Below the pieces are notes generated by a model, which was given only the letters and a program-made list of their open reading frames with translations, did not search any database and was not told the origin of the DNA. A stretch of 56,217 nucleotides of DNA, the filler included, from Sphacelaria rigidula (Eukaryota): assembly GCA_964200075.2 (NCBI GenBank). It is 5 parts of 5 records of this genome, joined end to end, with 100 filler letters (N's around TTAATTAATTAA, not from the genome) between each part and the next. Parts side by side here need not be neighbours in the genome. Positions count along the whole stretch, not along the records: positions 1 to 11,164 come from CAXNAA020005295.1; positions 11,265 to 22,428 come from CAXNAA020005296.1; 3 more parts are not named here. One strand, given 5' to 3'. Below are positions 1-11,313 of the stretch, piece by piece (position 1 is the stretch's first letter; each line of letters begins with the position of its first letter). The position numbers were made by a program, and so were the translations under genes.

Positions 1-625
1 GCATACATATTTTGTTTTTGCTTCGCCTTTCCTTCTTTTCTTCGGACGGTCAGGACATCGGTAATGATATTTGTCAGCGTGCCTGTTCAACCTTCTCTGT
101 AGAAAGCTTCCATCACGGGGGCGCACTTCGTAGCATTCATCGATATAGGCTTCCATCGCGGGGGCGTGTTAGAACAACAGATTTGTTATTGGTCTCTTAT
201 TTCGATAGTCGCTCATATCGGGTAAATAGCAGTACAACTTCCGCATCCTCAGAGGATTGCAACTGTTCTAAGATTGTTAGCGGAGCTTCCGTCTCTGTCG
301 GGTTAATGTAAAGATTCTAGGATTCTCATTACTTTGTTCGAGAGTTCTGTCGGGTTAATGTAAAGTCGTAGGATTTTCATAAGTAAGAACTTAGGCGTAG
401 CGCATTGATCCGAGGGTACTTGTGGGTTTCCCCACACCCTCTCACTCTCTTTTTCTTCTTCACTCTCTTCACTGAGATTCTCGGCCACATAAGCGCCAAT
501 TTCCAACATCAGTCTTTTCGACAAGCAAGTGTGCTTAACCGCCACTTCGTGCTGGCTCTGTGCATCTCCTTGGGATATCACGCCACATCAAGAACTACCT
601 CGTTATTTCAATCTTGTGATCGGAA

Positions 626-728
626 GCTGGGGGGTGTTATTGCCGTCGTTGATTTCACCCCACGTCTGCGAAACAAGGACAGTAGACAGTCAAACACTCG
701 TGCAGACCTTCTTGGTATACGGAGTGAA
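626..728 (+). repeat. Dispersed repeat copy with an internal deletion; inverted partner at 1503-1645
   Basis: GCTGGGGGGTGTTATTGC...CGAAACAAGGACAGTAGACAGT/CAAACACTCGTGCAGACCTTCTTGGTATACGGAGTG matches the reverse complement of 1503-1645 but lacks its ~38-bp CTGCCACATCCCAG...GAGAGAT segment. Confidence 0.85.
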
Positions 729-1502
729 ACAAGATAATAATATTAGACTCTCATTCCATAATATCAATACCGTGCTCGAAAAAAAAGATGAGGGAAAGTG
801 TGAGAGTTGTGTTCGGTCAGCCGTTCGAGGATACATACGAATAGTTTCAAACGTCTCTGGAGTTTGCGTTGAGCCATCAGTATAGAACCGAACTGAAGTG
901 GACCTGTGCATGTTCGTTGTTCTCGCGATTGGAAGAGGGTGAGTTTCATTCGAAGAAAACTCTCTCAGGGCCCGGCAATGTTTCTTAGAGCTTGCAAAAA
1001 CTGTGGCATCGTTTTTGGATACCTGGCAGGAGGGTGGGGGGATGCGCATTCTGGCAGCTTGCGAGAGCCGTTTTGATTTCACCGATCAAGATTCTAACAT
1101 GATTACTCTTCTCCCCCACAAGGCTTATACAATCGAATTGCAACAGTTAGTCAGTGCATGCAGCAAGGAAATTGCAGTAATATTCTGGGCTGAACCGACT
1201 GCCTACTACTGTCGTTGCTCGAAAGCTGTTCTCAGGCAAGACCTTCCTGGTCAGCGCTTCGCGGCGCAGGTCAGGAGTGCAATGGCAGGTGGTTAATCAT
1301 AGGACACCCCTGTTGCTAACCATATCTCGCATCAGCTCAGGATGACTCTCCTCACATGAGATTTTTTTTGCGACATACACCCCCCCGACACACACACCAT
1401 GCATGCGACCGGTTGACAGCAGAGAAGCTCAATCATTTCAGAATCGCAGCTCCCATTTCGGTCACGCCAGCAAGAGTTAAGTCACCCGCACTAGGAATAT
1501 TT

Positions 1503-1680
1503 TTACACTCCGCATACCAAGAAGGTCTGCACGAGTGTTTGATCTCTCATCCATCCATCCCCCCAACTGGGATGTGGCAGACTGTCTGTTGTCCTTGTTT
1601 CGCAGGCGTCGGGTGAAATCAATGACTGCAATAACACCCCCCAGCGAGGGCGCAGCCATCCTTGCTCGCATGTGTGTGTG
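1503..1680 (-). repeat. Dispersed repeat (SINE/LINE-end-like fragment), fuller copy
   Basis: Reverse complement of 626-728 plus the extra internal segment; flanked by a (TG)/(AG) microsatellite at ~1671-1687. Confidence 0.75.
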
Positions 1681-3973
1681 AGAGAGAACAGTAGCGGTGA
1701 CGGGAACATCACCCTGCTTGTCGACGACGTGTTCTACTGCGCACAGAGGCACTTCCTGTCCAAGCAGAGAGGCAGAGAGAAATCGATCTTTGCATTGGTC
1801 AGCGCCACAGACAGGAGACGACAACCGGGGTATCCCGCGATCTTGTTTCCGCGGCTATGCTACAAAAAATAAACCGCCTGCCCACACATGGCAACCTGGG
1901 TATGTGCTGGTACTATGACGTGATGCCGATCTCTGCAGCGATTGGGAATCGCCGAACGAGGACACACAAAGAACATCGCCGAGGAGCTTCCTCTCCGCCG
2001 TTGCTCCTCTGGTGATATCATCATCGACACGCGTGTGCACGGCATTCATTTGGTGCACCTTACCATACCGACGTAACTGCAACAGAAACTCTGCTTGCGA
2101 AAATGTTTTCCCGTGGTGATACTACTTAGAGTGAATTCTCGTTTTTTCGAATTGGGGTTGAACCTCATTTTAGCGTTGAACACCAAAATTTAGGATCGGC
2201 TGTTAGTTCTGATTTTTGAGGGCGCCCATGTATACATCTCGAGCTGAATGGAACCGATCATTGTGATGGAAATCAAGTAGTGCAACTTTCACATAGAGTA
2301 CAAGAAATAAACAATATAATTTGTACGTGGAAAACGTGCGAAAATGGAGAAATGTCATCTTTTTTCGCCGTCGAGAATAACCCTGAAACGGACGGATGGT
2401 CAGAATTGCAAGGCATTCGTCGGGCGTGTGAATCTGACCGATGGGGTATTGTTTTTCGTCCAACGCCACTGCTCACGGTATAGTAGCGACCATTAGCATA
2501 GGGTCATCACCGTTTTTCGTTTTTCAACTGAACAATCTCGATTCAAGCTCACGTCCTTTTTTCCGTGCGAGGCGTTCGGGTTTCGAGCGTTCGACCCCGC
2601 AGTGCAGTGCGCGATCTGAGCCCCAATAATACAGTCGCGGCATTCTCGCGTCTAGCGTGTTTTTTGTTCCATTTCCAGAGACATTAGCATGCCCCTCAGG
2701 CTCCATCTACACCGCAAACCAACGCTATTCCCGCATTTTGTTTGAGTTTTGTGTTGAGACGCACTTCGCACGGGCTAGCTCCACGGGTCTCAGTGTCTTT
2801 TCACACAGCAACTCTTGAACGCTATATACTTGTCGCACTGCCCGCGCTCGCCTGCCGCCGCCGCTACCCTCCATCCGCCCCCGTCTTTCTCTCCCTGTAA
2901 AATCTCTCGGTCTAACGCATGAAGAACGCTGAACGACCTGGTGCCACTTCAGATTAACGCGGAGGAGGTGACGAGCAGGAAGGTGGGGGAAGTTGAGGAG
3001 TGTAAACTCTCGCATGTCTATCGTCTTTCAGCAGCTATCCTGAGGCCATGACGCCGTGAAGGGGGGTGGGGGAACTGATATCTCGTATTGGCCAATCAGA
3101 CAAAAATGTTACAGGGTCTGCTTCTAGTCATAGAGGTGGAGTCGTCGTCGATAGCCTGCTGATAGCTGGCAGTGAGGTTGGGACTGCCGTAGGGAGCAAT
3201 CTTGCAATAGGATCTAGGAAAGTAAGCAGCATCAATACTGCTGTCCCCAAGCTAGGAAGCTTCTACTTTTTTTTTCTGTCTAATGGTTGTATGCGGCTTT
3301 CACTGCAGACATTGGCATGCCCGTAGGTGATCCCTCGGTTACTTTCCGATTTTTGCTTGAAAAAGGTTTTAGTGACACAAGCATAAGACGAGCACGTATT
3401 GCTTGGACGTGTTTGACGGAGAGCATCACGGACCGTGAATAATCAAGTAGTATATTTGACACAAACTACCCGAGTGCAGGTTGGCGTTTCTTGTGTAATT
3501 GGGTTTTGCTGAGAACTCTCTCCGAAAAAGTCGACGTTGAAGCGCCATTAAACGAGGTACAGATGGAGAAGAAGGAAGATCCGATGGAGTTCTTCGCTAG
3601 CGTAGACAAGATTGTGGATATGCTAGAATTGTAACGTAGGGCAAGCTCTGGTTACGAGTAATCCCACCCGCCGAAATCGCAATCAAGATGGCGATAAAGG
3701 TGGTAGGGATGTTTCCAGTGGTACTGTAGCCGGCAAGAACGACCAAAACTCCAGTAAAAAACACGTAGGGAAGACGTACGACTACACGCGAAACAACTTT
3801 CACCGTTGCTTAGAGCTGGGGCATCGATGTTTCGACTGTACTGCACATTTCACCCCAGCCGCGAAGAGCTCATAGAGTGGCTCTGGTGATATCATAGCGT
3901 GTTCGTCGATTAGTATGCAAAGTTAGAAGGATGCGGTAGGAGAGCGCGATGAAGTAAGGATGGTACTGAAAGG

Positions 3974-4391
3974 TGGATAGCTGATAGTGGTGCAACTTTC
4001 ATATTACTAAATCAACCTGCTCCGTGACGTGCAACCATCGGAAGATGAGGCTAAGGTTGGTAATAACACCTCAATCGACGTCAAGGATTATGGGTCGTTC
4101 ATTATAGTTTTTCCCAACAAGGGAGGGGGAATAGCAGTAAGGCTCGATGAGGTGGCAAACGAACCCGATTTGGCTTTCAACCTTCTTTCATTAGTGGCTG
4201 TGCACACACGAGGAGTAGGTTTCACGACTGACGGTTCGTATATGAATGTGAGGCTCCTGGATAGACGCCTTGGGGTTTGGAGTGATGGATCCGGATACTC
4301 AACCTATGGTAAAAAGATTGACCCTGATGACGACTATATCCCCCTTTCCCCTGTTGGTTCCCGAGCCCGTCGAGAATTTAGTGCAACCTGA
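3974..4391 (+). pseudogene. Copia aspartic protease remnant
   Basis: WIADSGATF catalytic motif, then after a frameshift KVGNNTSIDVKDYGS...VRLDEVANEPDLAFNLLSL. Confidence 0.85.
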
Positions 4392-4454
4392 CCACCCTGT
4401 TCTCCTGGCGTTCCCTGTGATAGCCCCCACTAGTGCTGACTGACGTGAGATTAC

Positions 4455-5330
4455 CGTAGACATCAACGTTTCCCACCGCGTGCAGGAACACGCCAACGAG
4501 TTTCTGTTGAGAGAGGCAACCAAATCGCTAGGTATAGAGCTACCAGGTGACTTGAGATCGTGTACAGGATACTCTATGGCGAAGGGGTATCGGAAGCCGA
4601 TTGCCCACAGCACCAAATCTCGTACCTTACAAAAGCTAGGGAAATGTTTTGGTGATCTTGGTGGTCGGAAGAGAACTTCTTCGTTGCTCGGTAAGAAATT
4701 CGTGATGATAGTGAAGGACGGCCTTACCCGGTACGCATGGGTATACTTTCTTGAGCGTACGTCCGATACCGCTGATGCCTTCAGGGGGTGTTTGGTTGAT
4801 GAACGTGCCGATCGTGAACCTTCGGAATAATAGTAAGGTCTGACGATGAAGGAGAGTTTTTTGGTGGTGATTTCGGCGACGTGTGTAGGCACTAATGTAT
4901 AAAACAGGAATTAATCAGCGCGAAGTTTCCGGAGCTGAACGGCGTTACAGATAGAGCTCTAGGTATCATTCAAAACGCCGCACTTGCCGCTCGTATCCAA
5001 GCACTCATCCTCTTTCCACATGTCGAGCTGCCACCATCGGAGACCCTCCGGGCTGAGGCAATATGCTGGCCATGTGACGCTCAGAATCACACCGCGACGG
5101 CGTCCAACCCAGGTAACAAGTCGCCGTACGAGATATGGCAAGGTAAGGCAGTACCTGCATCAGGTCACCGCACCGGTTTCTTCGTCCCGGTTACTGCCGC
5201 TGAAACCACCCGTCAAAACCATTTCCCAAGTGCGAGAGTAGCTTCTACCTCGGGCACGGCATCGACCACCCCCGCGATTCATTGCGGATGCTGACGCGGG
5301 TAAACAAAGTACTGAAGACAAGAGACGTCA
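4455..5330 (+). pseudogene. Copia GAG-pre-integrase and integrase (rve) remnant
   Basis: H..H..C..MAK zinc-binding remnant; GDLGG...FVMIVKDGLTRYAWVYFL; VRSDDEGEF at 4833-4859; PELNGVTDRAL at 4929 (canonical PQQNGVAER). Confidence 0.88.
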
Positions 5331-5394
5331 TCTGGGAGGCGCCGCCGGTCATCGTGGTGCCGCCGGTTCAATTGTAGCAGGAAGCTTCGCCGAA

Positions 5395-5495
5395 GCTGAC
5401 GGGGGCGTCGGAGCTGGGAGAGACGTCACAGCCGGGAGGGGCGTCACAGCCGGGAGGGACATCGGAGCTGGGAGATATTCCAGAGCCTGGAGGGA
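5395..5495 (+). repeat. 18-bp tandem repeat in the Copia IN-RT linker
   Basis: About 5 imperfect units of GG(G/A)G(G/A)G(G/A)CGTC(A/G)(C/G)AGC(C/T)G. Confidence 0.7.
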
Positions 5496-6050
5496 TAGTT
5501 GATTTCGATTCTGCCTCACCGACTCCGTTACTGCTACTGGCGAGAGGAATTCCCATCAGCGTCGAGTGAAACTCCAGTGAGAAGTTTTGGCCATTTAATG
5601 AGGGTGAGCGGGGTTCTCTCGGCGATGAAAATCACCGGGCCCCCGACACCACGACTGCTTTTTCAGGTGTTTATTTTCCATCGGTGAGTAGTGACCCGTC
5701 TGCTGACGGCGACCTCTCAGTCGAGGGGAGCGATTCGTCCCCATTGGACGAAAGTGTTGCAGTTCCAACAGCAACGCGGACTACGACGCGCCAACTTGAG
5801 TCACACCTGGTTGCATCTGGAAATGGCGAGGAGCTTGGGCGAACCAGAGTGGAGACGCTAGCGCTCAATCAAGAAGCAGCTGGCCTTGTGACTACGTTTG
5901 GAACCGATGAAGGGGGAAAAACAATCCATGAGCTGCCGGCGGTACAGGAGGTTACCCGTGAGCTGGGCGAGCTCCCTAATTGTCTCGTCCGGGAAGCGGG
6001 GCTGACACCGTTGTCGTATCCTGCGACATGCCCATCGCAATAATCGGGTG

Positions 6051-6368
6051 TGGATGGAGCCAATGAAGATAGAGTTCGATGGACTCATCATGGCTTCCGG
6101 AACGTTTGCGGAGGCGACGGGCATTCCTGAGGGGTGAAACAAAGTGGACGCGAAGTGATTCTTCAAGTGGAAGGGTGATCCACATGGCATGGATGACGGG
6201 GCGAACGCCCGTATGGTAGCTATGGGGCACAGTCAGGTAGAGGGAGTAGACTGCTTTGAGACGTTTGCCCCTACGGCGTCTGCTACTTCGAACAGATTAG
6301 TGGCGGCTATGGCACGTACGCTAGACTGAGATTTGAGGTAATCGGATGTAGACCAGGTTTTTCATTCA
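6051..6368 (+). pseudogene. Copia reverse transcriptase N-terminal remnant (RVT_2)
   Basis: WMEPMKIEFDGL...K*FFKWKGDPHG...ARMVAMGHSQVEGVDCFETFAPTA...DVDQVF. Similarity stops before the YVDD motif. Confidence 0.9.
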
Positions 6369-6553
6369 AAGGCCCGGATAGCATTTGAAATGATCATGCT
6401 CGGCAGCGTGAAATGTGCAGAAGTCAGAGGGGGACACGTCCTCGGAACAGAGGTGTCCATATCACCACGAAAAGCTGGCGATACAGACGGCGCCCATGGC
6501 TGAGGCGCCCAGATGGTACAGTATTCACGTCACTGCGGAGGGGCGAATCGCTT

Positions 6554-6675
6554 CACCCTCTTGGAACCCATTGACGACTTTTGCTTTTGTGAATCAGCAT
6601 TATTTTTAGTCATTTCCAAGTCAAAATGATGCCGATTCACGAAAACAAAAATAGTCAATGGGTTCCAAAAGGGTG
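6554..6675. mobile_element. Hairpin MITE related to the piggyBac-type MITE at 31346-31504
   Basis: ~55-bp imperfect inverted arms CACCCTCTTGGAACCCATTGAC... / ...GTCAATGGGTTCCAAAAGGGTG. The core GTGAATC.GC.T.ATTTT...AAAATGATG.CG.TTCAC is shared with 31346-31504. TTAA flanks are decayed (TTCA/TGGA). Confidence 0.8.
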
Positions 6676-7235
6676 GATATACGAATGGTATGGTTGTTCA
6701 GAAGTACAGGACAAAGCTGGCATGTTGTGATTGATAACTATTAATGGCAGTACTGTACTGACTGTACCACACGAACCACGCCTTGGCGAGGCTGGAGCAT
6801 CCACGATCCATCCGTGAAAATCGCAGAATGCTCTCTGCGCATTGAACAGGGCCAGTCTCCTGGAAAATGGGGTTGAACAATGAAATGGGGCTCATTGTTG
6901 CCCGAATAGTTTTACCAACGCAGGCAACTTTGATTTCTTTTCTTTATTAAAAACCCCCTAGCTTCCTTGCCGTACATTGCTATTCTGATCTCCAAAGCCA
7001 TATGTATCTCCGTTCATACACTCGAAACGGCTCTCACCAGGTGTGGGAAGTCGCTTTCATCGGATTTCCTCATCTTTGAAGAAAATTATCCCGTTTTTTT
7101 TCGAGCTCTAGAGAATTCGCAGAGGGCAGGGAGTTTTCCATTTATGGTTGTCCTCATTTTTATATACGTAAAAGTTTCCGGCAACGAAACTTCTTTTCCG
7201 AAACACAAGCGGCGGCACTTTACTTCTCACTGATA

Positions 7236-8334
7236 CAGGCTAGTTCATGCTTATCACTCAAAATGATGTCGTCAGCAAATGCCTTGCGCAACATCCGCCC
7301 AATAGTCGCATACATGATATCGCAATGATCACCATGGACAGCTGAAGAGAGTGACATAGCCGGATTTGTGTTGAAGGTCATAGTGGGGGCGCTAAGGGCG
7401 AAAATATACCTCGACCAATTAGCGCCCTTCAAATTGTTGTGAAATGGAAAATACGAATTCCAAGCCCGATTTTCACCCAATCTCCACATGCTTTAAATGA
7501 TAGTAACCACTATCAGCTCGGAAATCTGATGGGAAAAACAGATTTGACAACGGTTACTACGGGGTTTTGGCGTCGTCTAATTCTCGCTGATGATACGCGC
7601 GAAAGACTGAGGGAGCCTTGTAACGATTTTCTTTATATCTGTCGCGGTGAACTTCAGATCGCCCTGAAACTTGGTAGTTCCGTGGTAGGCATTGATACTT
7701 GAAATGAAAGAATTGTATTCTCGCCAATATTTACAAAGTTTTCACGTTCTCTACCGGCTTCCCGGGATCCCAGTGTGAAGGTCCTCGGAAGGCGGTACGG
7801 ATGCCTCACAAGAAAAGGAATATATATGATGCGGCACGGGGTAGTCCAAGAAACATATGCACGAAGTTTGGTAAAGAAACCTGAAATCCTCGTCTAGTTT
7901 TCCCCGCCTTAACGTCAAAAACGCCTCAAAAAATGCTTTTGTATTAAAACCAAGTAGTTGAGAGTTTGTACGTTTCAAACCCATGTCATCTGTGACTGTG
8001 CACAAACGCGCAAAACTTCATGCCGTTATTAGGAGTTGGACCCTGAACCTTCGCACAAATGTGATCTGAGTCATGACGCAGTTTCCGATGGACGAGAGTA
8101 TTTTCTTGCTCTTTCACCGTTTTCAGGGAGTCCGACGGGATTCACGGTTCCTCCCAAACCCTGGGACCCCCGGAAAACGACGAAGAAGTCAAAAAGTGGA
8201 ATAACCTCGACCTTAGAAAGTTGCGTAATGACCCGTAGCAAAATTGTGCAAAATTTCAGAGTCTAATTCCTGAAACCGGCGTCAAGTTCTGCGGATGATG
8301 AGTATTTTTGGGTTGAGAAGCGTGAGTCAGTCTG
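7236..8334 (+). mobile_element. Non-autonomous TIR DNA transposon, TA target duplication (Tc1/mariner-like), copy 1
   Basis: TA|CAGGCTAGTTCATGCTTATCA ... TGAGAAGCGTGAGTCAGTCTG|TA. Colinear with the reverse complement of 51945-52934. Contains an internal foldback at ~8000-8295. Confidence 0.82.
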
Positions 8335-8645
8335 TAGTGTTCCCCCTTCATCATTTCCAGAGATGTTCAAAATAACTTTGGAACCATTTTTCATGACACT
8401 CGAAGAAAGCCGACGAAAGATCCTCCTCTCACCTGGTGAGACCGTTTCGAATGCACGAAAGGAGATGCATATGGCTTTAGAGGACGGTGAAAAGTGTTTT
8501 CTCTAAGCAAAGTGTGCGTTGCGAGACCTTAAATCGGCGCATGGGGTGCCGATTTAGCAAGCACGCGTTCTGCTACGCCAGGAGCACAGCACCCATTCAT
8601 GAAATATCCGGATTTCGGTGTCCACACTACAGTAGCCGGTCGCCC

Positions 8646-8989
8646 CGCTCTGGTGGCTCAGTTGGAAACCTCGATACCTTCTGATGGTTGGGTAGTGGGT
8701 TCAATCCTCAGAGCCACCTAGGATTTTTTATCAGACAATGTCCAACAGTGGAGCGCGACTATGTCGTGGGTACACAACACTCGACTTAACGATCGACGAG
8801 GGAAAGGGACTGCTAAAGCCCTCTCGCGATAAAAAATAAAGGTAAGCACCGCAGAAGGAAGGTGGAGTACTAAGAACAAACAAAAGAGGAAAAGCTTTAG
8901 TGTTGATCTTCCTCTTGTGTGACCCCGGCTGGTGCGCCCACATATTATACCGAAAGGTGTAGAGCAGCGCCCAGAATAGATGGGACGAC

Positions 8990-9037
<48 letters not shown>
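8646..9037 (+). mobile_element. tRNA-derived SINE with (AC)n tail
   Basis: A box TGGCTCAGTTGG and B box GGTTCAATCC; body is homologous to 13338-13700 (minus); ends in a long (AC)n run. Confidence 0.9.
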
Positions 9038-9040
<3 letters not shown>

Positions 9041-9735
9041 CAAGCCGAAAAGTTCCACGGCTACCAAGTGGTGAACTCTACTGCGACAAGGTCAGCTGGG
9101 GGAAGTTTGAAGAGGCAAAAAATTCCAAAGTTGCTTGCGTTGGTAAAACTATTCGGGCAAGAATGTGAAATTTCGCAAGGGGTTCGAGCCCCACTTCAAT
9201 GTTCAACTCCATTTCCCAGGAGACTCTGTTTCCTGAGAGCAAGTGAAACGGGGAAAAATTAGTGGTCGGAAATGTTTTGTCTAATCATTAACCAGTTGAA
9301 AGGTAAATGTAATGCTTTGCAGGCTGGTTCTGATAGAAAAAGACAAGAGCAACCGCCCCCGTCGCGTTCAGTCTGTCGTGATGTCTTGCTCAGAGGCTGT
9401 GGTACTGTCGGTAAGGGCACGTTGGCCCCTGTCCGAACAGCTTCACAGCGGCTCTCGGCAGAAGAGGACACTTCTGTTTTCTTGGACTCGGCTATACGAC
9501 CAAGTCTTGCAGGAGACGGCGTATGAACCCTAAGGGCAGCAACCTCAATGATATGACGAAGCCTGAATGGTGCTTGCTGTCTGTGGTGCTGCGAGCGTCG
9601 ACCTATAAGCGGGCCGAGTTAAACGGCGATGCTGCAAAGATATATATGCCGCCTCCTCCGCGTCGGCTTTTTTTTGTATGGCCCTATTTAGCAGACGTGA
9701 TACACTCGTGGACAAATAGCACCCTGTGGGGCACG

Positions 9736-10173
9736 TCTACAGGGTTCAGGGGACCTGTGCAGTGTTTCTCGCGGGGATTTGGCTGTAGGGTGTTTTTTGC
9801 GCCTCACAGGACGCTTCACAGGGTTTCAGGGAAACTGTGCAGTGCTTCTCGCGGGGATTTGGCTGTAGGGTATTATTTTGCGCCGCACCGGACGCTTCAC
9901 AGGGTTTCGTCACTCCGTGTAGTGTTCATTGCTGTTAATATGCTGTACGGTACTCGTCTACAGGATTCAGGGGAACTGTGCCGTGTTTCTCGCGCGGATT
10001 TGGCTGTAGGGTGTTTTTTCACTCCTCGCAGGACGCTTCACAGGGTTTCAGGGAAGCTGTGCAGTGTTTTTCGCGGGGATTTGACAGTAGGGTTTTATTT
10101 TGCGCCACACAGGACGCTTCACAGGGTTTCGTCACTCCGTGTAGTGTTCATTGCTGTTGATATGCTGTACAGT
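9736..10173. repeat. Higher-order tandem repeat: 2 x ~221 bp, each holding 2 x ~80-bp subunits
   Basis: TCTACAGG units start at 9736 and 9957; CAGGACGCTTCACAGGGTTTC and TCGCGGGGATTTGGCTGTAGGG-like motifs each recur four times. Confidence 0.92.
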
Positions 10174-10239
10174 GTTTTTACGCACATGCAATATGCTCGA
10201 CTTTGCAGGACGGGCGGAGTACTGGCGTAAAAACAGTTC

Positions 10240-10320
10240 ACTTATGACAGGGATAAGTATCGAACTCAGGCTTTCGTGATAGGGAGGAGAACGCACTGAG
10301 CATTGAACCACCTATAACTT
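10240..10320 (-). mobile_element. Degenerate tRNA-like SINE head
   Basis: Minus strand reads GGTGGTTCAATGCTCAG...GAGTTCGATAC with A/B-box-like spacing; no cloverleaf. Confidence 0.35.
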
Positions 10321-10574
10321 GTTGCTAGCGTGAACATTATTTTTGGGTTTTTAATGGATATATCAAGCAATATAACTTCAGAAACAAAAACATGAGCACC
10401 CTTACTTTTTAATTTTAAAATGGTTGCCTGTTGGCAACTTTGGGGGAAAAGCGCTCTCCCGGGTGTAATTCACCTCTGGAGTTTCACCTTTGGGACCCCA
10501 GCAATTTTGTACTGTAAAGTACTTGTATATTATATAGTATAGACTATGATCCGAGATCCACGCTAATCACCCGT

Positions 10575-10935
10575 AACACTAACACTCTTGTTCTCAGCTA
10601 TATACCGCACTACCCTACATACTGTCTGTAGCAAAGAGCACGAGTTGGGCGCAGGGATATAGATACACACTGCCATAGTTGGGTATGAAGTATTTCTTGT
10701 TCGTGCATGGGCCCTTGAGCATCTCCTTTCATGATCGCGCGGCATATCGCACGGCGACGGATCGAATCGCCATATTCACGCGGGGTATATATAGCACGCG
10801 TACTCATCGCATATAGTTGATGCATGGGTGCAGGCATCGCCAGTACAAAGCTGACGTTGTTCAAGTCTTTTTCACGTCGCAGTGTAGGCAGAGAACAGAT
10901 ATAGTCCTGCACTGTCTGTAATGTACTTTACCCGC
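10575..10935 (+). repeat. Dispersed repeat homologous to 28545-28860 (opposite strand)
   Basis: Shared AGAGCACGAGTTGGGC(G/A)CAGGGAT(AT)AGATACAC and TTTCACGTCG..TGTA.GCA.AGA blocks in colinear order. Confidence 0.75.
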
Positions 10936-11164
10936 TTCCTTTCCATGCCCTGCTCACTGCGTGCTGCACTTCCGTGCGTGCGTCCTGCGTGAACTCTGTA
11001 GTTATACTCCTGACGGTATATAACACCCTCGTGTATCTAAATATAAACTGCAGCATATATCCACATTGCATAGCCATACGTAGCGCATATAACAGGGTTG
11101 CCAGAAAAATGAGAAGGTATTTTGAAATGAGAATCCACCGCTCCCCGGGATTGTGTCCATTTTT

Positions 11165-11264
11165 NNNNNNNNNNNNNNNNNNNNNNNNNNNNNNNNNNNN
11201 NNNNNNNNTTAATTAATTAANNNNNNNNNNNNNNNNNNNNNNNNNNNNNNNNNNNNNNNNNNNN
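11165..11264. other. Artificial 100-bp spacer N44-TTAATTAATTAA-N44
   Basis: Six-frame stop linker; identical copies at 22429, 33693 and 44956. Confidence 0.99.
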
Positions 11265-11313
11265 CCCCTACAAAGCCGGGACGGAGCACGCCGGGTTCTC
11301 GCCGGACCAGGCT
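11265..11313 (-). repeat. 5' end of the poly(C)-flanked retroposon-like family, cut by the spacer
   Basis: Reverse complement of AGCCTGGTCCGGCGAGAACCCGGCGTGCTCCGTCCCGGCTTTGTAGGGG, next to a G8 run. Confidence 0.85.

Larger units (their letters stand above)
3329..6368 (+). mobile_element. Degenerate Ty1/Copia LTR retrotransposon internal region (gag-PR-IN-RT), 3'-truncated within RT
   Basis: Domain order is PR-IN-RT, diagnostic of Copia. Seen: gag-like QMEKKEDPMEFFASVDKIVDML (~3560); mutated CCHC knuckle FHRCLELGHRCFDC (3798-3839); protease WIADSGAT (3974-3997) and PDLAFNLLS; integrase motifs; RT motifs to DVDQVF (~6360). Many stops and frameshifts. No LTR pair identified. Confidence 0.93.

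Noticed and set aside
3058..3300. Polypurine tract plus TG as a Copia LTR start
   Set aside because: It lies upstream of gag, with no second LTR copy or PBS to confirm it.
8646..8720. tRNA genes here and at 13630-13700, 21685-21760 and 10240-10320
   Set aside because: A/B boxes are present but there is no proper cloverleaf. The first three continue into a SINE-like body and tail; the last is only a degenerate head.
9523..10230. 235-aa ORF
   Set aside because: It is an artefact of the tandem repeat; the repeat units are read in different frames.
11209..11220. TTAATTAATTAA as a piggyBac site or biological motif
   Set aside because: It is embedded in N-runs and identical at four evenly spaced positions, so it is a synthetic linker.
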